Shown: one piece after another, positions 24,066-33,897 of the stretch
Layout: each line of letters opens with the position of its first letter
Numbering within the stretch: the first letter of the stretch is position 1
Assembly: GCA_032718475.1 (NCBI GenBank)
Contig: JAUCBJ010002256.1
Span: forward strand, 1 to 36,118
Origin: Nemertoderma westbladi
Lineage: Eukaryota; Animalia; Xenacoelomorpha
Length of the DNA stretch: 36,118 bases
Direction: 5' to 3'
Program-made: the position numbers and the translations under genes
Notes under the pieces: generated by a model
Told to the model about the DNA's origin: nothing
Databases searched by the model: none
The model's input: only the letters and a program-made list of their open reading frames with translations

Positions 24066-24400
24066 TAGCAAGTCGTAGGACTTGATTACTGTAAGAATTG
24101 TTGGCTGATTGACTGACTGGCTGACTGGCTGACTGACTGGCTGGCTGGCTGACTGATCTACAGCCAAAACTACTCTAACGATTTTGATGAAATTTTCACA
24201 GCAGCTAGATACCGCGATTCTAAGGTCCCTGGCATGGTCGGCTACTCCGTCCATAGCCTCTGGGCTCGAAAAATAGAGATAAACGAAAAAAACGCCATAG
24301 GCGCAATGGTAAAATAACACCAATGACAGCTTGTTGATGGAATTTACATTTGATTGATGACTTCCGACTTGCTTAACGGCGTCTTGACGCCGTCTCTAGT
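24066..24400 (+). mobile_element. HINE-like element E (minimal, 335 bp; second terminal subfamily)
   Basis: 5' TAGCAAGTC-GTAG-GACTTG, microsatellite and shared core; 3' CGACTTGCTTA, hairpin ACGGCGTC-TT-GACGCCGT, then CT-CTAGT. Confidence 0.78.
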
Positions 24401-25346
24401 ATTTATGAGGTTATTTCATGTTAGTTATTAAAAAAAATTACAATTGAATTTCTTGTCTCACATTAGGGAATCGATGCCAAATTTGAGACATGCAACATTT
24501 CTTCAAAAATCAGCAACTGCTAGGCGAAATCAACTTTCGAGACCTGGAAAAATGGATTCTACGCCCCGGGAAACCCCTTATTACATAATTTCTGAGGAAG
24601 TCCAGTGTTTACATTTTTACACAGGACCCAACGAAGTTCAAAACCTGTCTCTTATATGGACCAATGACTGTAATAAAAAATAGGTATTTTTTGCGGCACT
24701 TCAAAACTTGATTAAAATATCCTCCCAGTGTAACTTGATCCTTTGCTACAGTACAAGTTTTTAAGCTTAAAACCCTAAGGCTTTTACAGTTTTGAATCGA
24801 ATCACATGAAAGTTTTTTTACATGATAAGATCAAAGATGGGGCAACATAACTATCAGGCGAAATTTTGTGAAAATAATTAAGCACCGCTAGGTGGCGCTG
24901 CAAATTTATGCTACATTTTTAGGTTTGTTATAAATAGTATTAAATTTTATTAACAACAAATTTCGAAAAGTTGTCTGATACTTTTATGCAGGGTGGCTAT
25001 GTAGACACCCACAGAAAGTTTCAGACTAATTGCTCAAAAATTGTAGAAGTAGTAGGGTTTTGAAGTTGACAATTTCATAAAAAAAATATTTGGAGATAAT
25101 CGACCTTTCCTTATACATAGTAATAGTAATTTCAATAGGAATCCCTAAATGGAAATTGTTATAACTTGAAAACTAAAAGAGCTATTATATAGCGGTTTTC
25201 AGATTTGGAAACAACATTTAATCGTGCATTATAAGTTTTATTTTTGTAAGAATCAGCTGTTAATTCAACAATATAAATTCCAACTTGGAACAATTATTTC
25301 ATTATCAGTATCATTACACTTTAATGAATCGGTATTATTATATACT

Positions 25347-28300
25347 TTAGTATATTGTATAGGATAAGCATTGGAATTTGTTATTGTTGTTCGTAGCTAT
25401 TTGTTCTAATGCTTCGCGGGATCTGGGAGTTAGGAGACGGCAGTTGTGGATGATTAGGGTAAGAAGTTTGTTACAGAACACGGAAAGGCTCTCAATAGAC
25501 TCATCGGTGATCCGGTTGCAATGGTCCAAGTGGATTTCTTCCAGAGTTTTACTACAGTTTCCCTGTAAGAATGAATATAACAAATTATAGGGATTGGAGG
25601 AGTATTCTTTAGTTGTAGAAATAAATCATCATTCAGTGAACTAGGAATCAGTTGAGTTTAGTGGCTTCGATTGTAAAATATTTGTAAACAGTTTAAATAT
25701 GGGAGAATCTTTTTAGTTGCGATCGTTTTAACCAAGTTGCCTTGGTTCCCATTTATCGACCAGTTAAGGATGAAAGCCAGGGTTATATGCAGCATTTAAA
25801 GCACTGTGCCCAAACAGTGTTGCCCCATCTAGGGATCGAACCAGGGCCTCCTAATTGAAAGCCCCGGAATGTCACCATTAGACCAAGCTGCTGCTCGTAA
25901 TAGTAATAACGATCGGTAAATATCGATTGTGAAAGGGTTATCTATATTGGACAGCTGTCAGAAATCCTTACCATTACCTGAGCCAATGAGAAGACTCCCT
26001 CGTCTGTTATGTCAGTCCCAGAGCAACTAATGTAACGAAGTTTGTTGCTCCAACGACCAATTGCGACCAATGAGTCATCAGTTAATTTTAGACAGCCAGA
26101 TACATTGAGAGACATTAGTAGACGGCATCTTTCAGCAATGCTTATAATTGCCTCGTCTAAATAACGATAATAATTATAATATAATAAATAAATAGAAATA
26201 CGTGAATGAATACAGGTATCATGAGTTTTCTATTATGAGACAGGCTAGACGCTAGCATAATAAGCAGAGTGGCGAGAGTCAGTAACATAATTTTGTGTCA
26301 GAAACGTTTCTCTTATCAGGCAGCCTAAACTCGCACAAACGAACGCACAGTTGCGAGAGTCAGTAACATGTCAGAAACGTTTCTCTTATCAGGCAGCCTA
26401 AACTCGCACACACGAACGCACAGTTGCGAGAGTCAGTAACATGTCAGAAACGTTTCTCTTATCAGGCAGCCTAAACTCGCACAAACGAACGCACAGTTGC
26501 GAGAGTCAGTAACATGTCAGAAACGTTTCTCTTATCAGGCAGCCTAAACTCGCACAAACGAACGCACAGTTGCGAGAGTCAGTAACATGTCAGAAACGTT
26601 TCTCTTATCAGGCAGCCTAAACTCGCACAAACGAACGCACAGTTGCGAGAGTCAGTAACATGTCAGAAACGTTTCTCTTATCAGGCAGCCTAAACTCGCA
26701 CAAACGAACGCACAGTTGCGAGAGTCAGTAACATGTCAGAAACGTTTCCCTTATCAGGCAGCCTAAACTCGCACAAACGAACGCACAGTTGCGAGAGTCA
26801 GTAACATGTCAGAAACGTTTCTCTTATCAGGCAGCCTAAACTCGCACAAACGAACGCACAGTTGCGAGAGTCAGTAACATGTCAGAAACGTTTCCTATCA
26901 GGCAGCCTAAACTCGACAAACGAACGCACAGTTGCGAGAGTCAGTAACATGTCAGAAACGTTTCTCTTATCAGGCAGCCTAAACTCGCACAAACGAACGC
27001 ACAGTTGCGAGAGTCAGTAACATGTCAGAAACGTTTCTCTTATCAGGCAGCCTAAACTCGCACAAACGAACGCACAGTTGCGAGAGTCAGTAACATGCCA
27101 GAAACGTTTCTCTTATCTGGCAGCCTAAACTCGCACAAACGAACGAACAGTTGCGAGAGTCATTAACATGTCAGAAACGTTTCTCTTATCAGGCAGCCTA
27201 AACTCGCACAAACGAACGCACAGTTGCGAGAGTCAGTAACATGCCAGAAACGTTTCTCTTATCTGGCACCCTAAACTCGCACAAACGAACGCACAGTTGC
27301 GAGAGTCAGTAACATGTCAGAAACGTTTCCCTTATCAGGCAGCCTAAACTCGCACAAACGAACGCACAGTTGCGAGAGTCAGTAACATGTCAGAAACGTT
27401 TCTCTTATCAGGCAGCCTAAACTCGCACAAACGAACGCACAGTTGCGAGAGTCAGTAACATGTCAGAAACGTTTCTCTTATCAGGCACCCTAAACTCGCA
27501 CAAACGAACGCACAGTTGCGAGAGTCAGTAACATGTCAGAAACGTTTCCTATCAGGCAGCCTAAACTCGACAAACGAACGCACAGTTGCGAGAGTCAGTA
27601 ACATGTCAGAAACGTTTCTCTTATCAGGCAGCCTAAACTCGCACAAACGAACGCACAGTTGCGAGAGTCAGTAACATGTCAGAAACGTTTCTCTTATCAG
27701 GCAGCCTAAACTCGCACAAACGAACGCACAGTTGCGAGAGTCAGTAACATGCCAGAAACGTTTCTCTTATCTGGCAGCCTAAACTCGCACAAACGAACGA
27801 ACAGTTGCGAGAGTCATTAACATGTCAGAAACGTTTCTCTTATCAGGCAGCCTAAACTCGCACAAACGAACGCACACTTGCGAGAGTCAGTAACATGCCA
27901 GAAACGTTTCTCTTATCTGGCACCCTAAACTCGCACAAACGAACGCACAGTTGCGAGAGTCAGTAACATGCCAGAAACGTTTCTCTTATCTGGCACCCTA
28001 AACTCGCACAAACGAACGCACAGTTGCGAGAGTCAGTAACATGCCAGAAACGTTTCTCTTATCTGGCAGCCTAAACTCGCACAAACGAACGAACAGTTGC
28101 GAGAGTCATTAACATGTCAGAAACGTTTCTCTTATCAGGCAGCCTAAACTCGCACAAACGAACGCACAGTTGCGAGAGTCAGTAACATGCCAGAAACGTT
28201 TCTCTTATCTGGCACCCTAAACTCGCACAAACGAAAGCACAGTTGCGAGAGTCAGTAACATGCCAGAAACGTTTCTCTTATCTGGCACCCTAAACTCGCA

Positions 28301-29943
28301 CAAACGAACGCACAGTTGCGAGAGTCAGTAACATGCCAGAAACGTTTCTCTTATCTGGCACCCTAAACTCGCACAAACGAACGCACAGTTGCGAGAGTCA
28401 GTAACATGCCAGAAACGTTTCTCTTATCTGGCACCCTAAACTCGCACAAACGAACGCACAGTTGCGAGAGTCAGTAACATGCCAGAAACGTTTCTCTTAT
28501 CTGGCACCCTAAACTCGCACAAACGAACGCACAGTTGCGAGAGTCAGTAACATGTCAGAAACGTTTCTCTTATCAGGCAGCCTAAACTCGCACAAACGAA
28601 CGCACAGTTGCGAGAGTCAGTAACATGCCAGAAACGTTTCTCTTATCTGGCACCCTAAACTCGCACAAACGAACGCACAGTTGCGAGAGTCAGTAACATG
28701 CCAGAAACGTTTCTCTTATCTGGCACCCTAAACTCGCACAAACGAACGCACAGTTGCGAGAGTCAGTAACATGCCAGAAACGTTTCTCTTATCTGGCACC
28801 CTAAACTCGCACAAACGAACGCACAGTTGCGAGAGTCAGTAACATGCCAGAAACGTTTCTCTTATCTGGCACCCTAAACTCGCACAAACGAACGCACAGT
28901 TGCGAGAGTCAGCACTGGGTACTGCTAATGCGATAGTTGTCATTCAGTTGGTAACAGGGGCTACTTACCTGTTACATTAGTGCATCTCCTTAAAGAAATA
29001 ACCTGCAAAAATAAAGTGGAAACCAATTTAGGAATGCATTAACAATAAATTGCATTAAAGATTGTTGTAGTTCCAGCCAGTTGGACTTCTAAAACAAGAA
29101 TCATATACTGGTACTTAAAAACCTAAAGAAGGGACACAACCAATAACGGCAGAGGACAATAATGTCGAATTCCCAAAATTTGTCAGATTATAACTTAGGG
29201 TTGCATCTCAGTTATATATAATTATGGTTAAGGACTATCCCTAACCAAAACGATAAACTAAATATGGTATGGACAGATAGATAGGAGACCATGAGGGCGT
29301 AAATTGCGGACACACAAGGTAGCCGGTAGTATTTCCAGGTCTATATACCTTTATAGCCTGAGCCGATAACGGATTTAAAACGGGACCGTTTAGCGCGGTC
29401 CCGCGTGGACGCCATTGCCGACTTTGGTGTTTCCGCTTTTTAGTTCGTAGTTAGTGTTGGTGCAAGTTGGAGTTGAGTTTTTCTTGTTGCACCGGTAGGG
29501 TACTACTTCTCTAGTACTGACCCATAGGAAGGACACTGCACCCTGGTAATATATTATACCATTTACTTACTAACCGTTAAATAACTACAATGTTTCGATA
29601 AATATATAAGCGATTCCGATGTGATTTCATCTCGAGTTTCCTTAATAGCATTGAGATCCAACTTGGACAAATGTTTACAAATATCCAGTTTCTTGACACC
29701 AAAATCAGTGAGTTTACTTTCCGATAAATCAACCTTTGATACGCGAGTATTGACGAAGAACTCTATGTTGTTATCGGTAAGTGACCCCCTTTTACTCATC
29801 AGATAGAGCAGTTTGTTTTTTAGGTTTACTGGCAAATTTGCCACGTTGTGGAGGTTTTTTGTTACAATTCTTGTATCAGAAATGAAGGATAACAGAGACA
29901 AATCAAAGAGCGATAAAACATTATAGTTATATGTGTTATTCAT
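25347..29943 (-). CDS. AMN1: AMN1 homolog (cysteine-containing leucine-rich-repeat protein), 4 coding exons: 29575-29943, 28969-29002, 25978-26156, 25347-25562; 265 aa
   Basis: Exons of 369+34+179+216 nt join in frame through GT-AG introns. The product has LPVNLKNKLLYLMSKRG.LTD, LDLN, SLRRCTNVTDEAI, GNCSKTLEEIHLDHC..HNCRLLT..SREALEQ and the C-terminus LSYTIY, resembling AMN1 (..VTWTVY). Confidence 0.88.
25620..25896 (-). mobile_element. tRNA-derived SINE in AMN1 intron 3
   Basis: Minus strand has A-box TGGTCTAATGG, B-box GGTTCGATCCC and a degenerate cloverleaf with a CT-TTC-AA loop, followed by a SINE-core-like GGTCGATAAATGGGAACC. The 3' boundary is approximate. Confidence 0.7.
26272..28912. 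repeat. 73-bp tandem satellite (about 36 copies) filling AMN1 intron 2
   Basis: Unit GCGAGAGTCAGTAACATG(T/C)CAGAAACGTTTCTCTTATC(A/T)GGCA(G/C)CCTAAACTCGCACAAACGAACGCACAGTT; no unique spacers. Confidence 0.97.
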
Positions 29944-30440
29944 ATTTCTCCACTTATTTGTATTACTCCCTACTGTTTTTTCCGACCATCGCGATGCTTT
30001 AGACAAACAAATATATTGTAATTCTAATTACTCTATAAAATATAATTATTCGGCCATTTGAGGATTTGACCAGGGATAACGCATACAGTCCTATGATTTC
30101 GTGTAATGAATATTTACCCAATAGAGTATTAAGGGTAACTGGACATTGCTGGAACCTGGAAAGCAATACAGCAATATAGTCTAATATTGGAATGAGCTCA
30201 GTACGACATGAAATACCTGGCTTTCTAGGCTTCTAAGTCTAACCTTTCCGCAGTACTGCACGGTTTCCATGCCTGTTGCTTAGAAGGCCGTGGGAGTAAG
30301 TGGTAATAATATACAGTAGAAATTGAAATAGCGTACGACTGACTGTACGAGAGCATACTTCAGTACTTCTTTAATTAAGTAACATACAGTCTGACAGTAT
30401 ACAGGGACATATCGGTAATTTAAAAACAGAAGGGGTAGGT

Positions 30441-30607
30441 CATGGCCTACTATATATATAGTAGGCCATGGGTAGGTAGTCACTAACATAGATCTCGAGA
30501 TACCCGTACATACTGTACAATCAAGGACTACTTAAGCTTCAGTAGTCCTTGTGTACAATATTCAATTACATGTCGGTTCTGCCATGGCCTACTATAGTAG
30601 GCCATGG
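30441..30607. repeat. Pair of related perfect palindromes (30 bp at 30441-30470, 26 bp at 30582-30607)
   Basis: CATGGCCTACTATATATATAGTAGGCCATG and CCATGGCCTACTATAGTAGGCCATGG. Confidence 0.9.
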
Positions 30608-30803
30608 TTCTGCTTACAGTTACAGACGTGATGTATGCTGTTCGAATCGAATGTTTATTATGGTAACTTAGCAACACACTACTGCAATGCAAAACTAAGG
30701 GCCTGGGATTTGACGTGGGTATAAAATATACATAAGCATGAGCGAGCAGCATGCTGTGCACAAGGGCTGTGCCTGACTGAATAGCGGGATGGAAAAGATA
30801 TAC

Positions 30804-31129
30804 CTGGAAATACTATCTGATACCTTGTATGTCCGCAATTTACCTCCTCATGGCCTCCCATCTGTCAATACCATAATCTGCTGCCACTGTGCTCAAACCT
30901 ACAGTACTTGGCCGTCTTGAATAGTGTAACTGTGTATAACTAATCATTGTGGCCGTGATTGTTCACGGTTAATATACACTACCCTTTCATTGTTTCATTG
31001 TCATTTAGACGGATAAAGACGGCCAAGTACTGTAGGGTTGAGCACAGTGGCAGCAGATGATGGTATGACAGATGGGAGGCCATGAGGAGGTAAATTGCGG
31101 ACATACAAGGTATCATATAGTACTTCCAG
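30804..31129. repeat. Long inverted repeat (about 115-bp arms, 97-bp spacer); foldback/MITE-like
   Basis: 30804-30918 is the reverse complement of 31016-31129 with about 5 differences. A diverged partial arm copy lies at about 29265-29345. Confidence 0.9.
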
Positions 31130-31140
31130 TTCGTTTACCT

Positions 31141-31225
31141 GAGCCGCTAGCTAAATCGTTAGAGCGCTAGAGTTAAAACCCGGAGTTCACCAGTTCGATC
31201 CCACCTGGACGTCATTGCCGACTTT
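31141..31225 (+). mobile_element. Degenerate tRNA-like SINE head
   Basis: A-box-like TAGCTAAATCGT and B-box AGTTCGATCCC, followed by TGGACGTCATTGCCGACTTT (related tail at about 29406-29425). Confidence 0.5.
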
Positions 31226-31404
31226 GCAAAAGCTGTGCCCAACAAAAAGTTATAATTATAAGGGATGAGCAAGGAATCACCTCGATTCGGCTACTATGAA
31301 GCTCGCCAGGCAACCAATAAGGTGAAGGTGTATGTTACTTGAGTGTATTAATTGCTCATAATCGTATTGTACAGTACATCATTATTACATTGTTAATAAT
31401 AATG

Positions 31405-31762
31405 TCGTCCCTTTCATTTTCAAACAACCTAAATGATAAAATTGACTTTTCATGTAAAACGGCATTTCCGATTCTAATTTTGTTTGAAAGTAATATTCCA
31501 GGATTTTGGTCTTATATATTTTTAAATCCATTAAATGTAACGATTTTAAACAAAAATACTTATGGTATTGGAATTATGTAACATATTAGGTAGATAGGTT
31601 GTTTCAAAAAAAATATTACATTTTTTACAATTATTACTCAAAAAGCATTAAAACCCTTAAAACAAATTTGATTATTAAGTTTTAAAAATATAAAACAAAT
31701 CTCCCTCTATCATAATAAACAACAATTCTAGCATATAGGTGGTTTCAAAATGAAAGGGACGA
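31405..31762. mobile_element. MITE-like element with about 40-bp imperfect TIRs
   Basis: TCGTCCCTTTCATTTTCAAACAACCTAAATGATAAAATTG (31405-31444) versus the reverse complement of 31723-31762; AT-rich interior; TSD not resolved. Confidence 0.6.
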
Positions 31763-32222
31763 TGTATTCTAATTATTTTGTTTTACTAAATTATTTTAAT
31801 CACTGCGCAGTTTCTTACGACAGTAAATGGTTTCTTTTGTTACTTTCTTTTTGTAGAATAAAATTACATAAAATCCCCCCCTGGATATACAATATCCCAT
31901 AGAATGTTTAAAGGAAAGCATGAGTAAAAATGAGTTAAAATAAAGCAACGTGTCATTTCCAGCACAAGTAACATATAGTAAGTCATTAACGTATTACAAT
32001 TAATATTTTTAAATGTTTTCCTATTTTGGAAGTTATTTTGAAATATCCCATATTTACGTTTAAACTGTTAACCCAATAAATAGTTCATTCTGTGTCACGA
32101 CATTTCCATTTATTTTCAATTACATTTATCTGAAATTATTCACAAATTCTGTATTCACAAGAAGGCTAGGAAAATGGATTTTTAGTATAAGCAATTATTG
32201 CTCTGTACCATAGATATTTACC

Positions 32223-33255
32223 ACTAGAGACGGGCCTAGCGGCCCGTGAAGCAAGTCGTAGGAGACAGTACTGTAGGCCTAGGAGTCCAGTAAAAGCTTT
32301 TTGTTCTATCTGATAAATTAGCGTGGGCGTAGTCCCGGTGGTGTACGAGAAATTTTCTAGACAAGATCAAACTATAATTATTATGTTGTAATCATCTAAT
32401 GAATTATAAAAGCTGTTGTGATTATAGAAGATAGAGAGCAGTTAGTGAAATGATTATTTTGTTCTATCGGATAGAGTAGTCAGAGAGGAGTCGAGGTGTC
32501 AATTGATTTTGATTAATTAATAATAATAACAGCAGTTGTCATGGATTCAATACAATCGCGCCAAAGAAGTAAAAAGACAAATTCGTTCTTATTTTTGTAA
32601 ATAAAACAAGTTGAGATGTTTCAATTTAAACCGCGATTTAACAATTTAATTAAATACAACATTTTTATATTATTATTATAGCTTTAGCTTAGGACATTTC
32701 AGTACACTTAGTAGGCCTACCCGATGCCGATACGTCAACAGGATTACAACTCTGTCTTACTAAAACTCATTCAGCTGACGTGCCGGTGAGTAACCTTGTA
32801 GATATTCCCATAGGATTCACTGGGAAGAGCTATCAGCTGGGTAACAGTTGATATTTGCTAACTGTCTGGGATAGAGTGACTGAGTAAACACAACCGTACT
32901 ATACTTGGCAAGTAATATAATTCTCTGCAGTTTGGGCCTATTCAATATAGCATTAATTTACTAGGCCCTTTCTATCACTTCTTTTTCATGAGCACACCAG
33001 AGCTGGCGTTTCTATCATTGAGTCTATGGCAATTTTCGCGTTGGGGCTATTTTTCGAAATAAAACAAGTTGAGATGTTTCTATTTATACCGCGATTTCAC
33101 AAGTACCCATAGAAATCTATTTTCATGGTTCATGCAAAATTTCATCACAATCGTTAGAGTCGTTTTTGCTCTAGGTGAGCAGTCAGTTCAGTAGCCAGTA
33201 GTCAGTAACTTTTTTTTCTTACAGTAATCAAGTCTAACTGTCTAACGACTTGCTA
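32223..33255 (-). mobile_element. HINE-like element F (solo copy)
   Basis: Minus strand begins TAGCAAGTCGTTAGA..CTTGATTACTGTAAGAA, has an ACTG-type microsatellite and core ACTCTAACGATTGTGATGAAATTTT, and ends ACGACTTGCTT-C-ACGGGCC-GCTA-GGCCCGT-CT-CTAGT. Confidence 0.78.
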
Positions 33256-33897
33256 ACAACTAAATATAAAATATATATAGCTATAGGGCTGTTCTTCGTC
33301 GTTGTCAATCGCACATTATAGCGGGAAATTTAAATTCTCCAAAGAGCAAACCTGTTTTTAACGACTGGTATAAATGGAAGTGTTCTGGTGTTGGATGATA
33401 AGTGGCGAACCGGTATCTATAGCTACAGAACTATAGCAAAGTATTCAGCAATTCAGGTACCGGTATTGTTAAAGGCACTTGTGTCTGTTCATAATCGTCA
33501 TAATCATAATCTGCTAACAGTGCAGTGCATGGCAATTATATTTACATATTTATCCATAACGGTACTACTCAGCTTCTTTATAGTGTTTACTGCATAGGGC
33601 CTACTGCTGTACTGTACCGGTATGTATAATTAATTGTATATGTACGACACTTGTACGTCAGTACACAGGTACGTACAGCATACAGTGGTTTTTGTTGTCG
33701 TAGTGAATTGTTATTAATAGAGTTAAAGCCGTGCTCTGCATTAACTACCGGTAGCAAACTACAAAACAAAAATTAGGTCTGAACAATTTTCTGAGTTTAC
33801 GTTTTTTTCATTTTTCTGTTTTTTAATTCTGTAATTTGTAGTCTTTCGCACTATTTTATAGACACATACTTCATCGCTGCAACCCTAAACTAGAAAA

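Noticed and set aside
24882-24901. CTCF-like motif CCGCTAGGTGGCGC
   Set aside because: Single match within a probable degenerate repeat (about 24450-25270) whose ends I could not define; no supporting evidence and the host taxon is unknown.
25820-25896. Possible tRNA-Glu gene
   Set aside because: Acceptor and anticodon stems pair poorly and the sequence continues into a SINE-like body; treated as a SINE head.
26272-28912. Regular repeat with an internal palindrome, superficially CRISPR-like
   Set aside because: Units are contiguous with no unique spacers, there are no cas genes, and the array lies in a spliceosomal intron.
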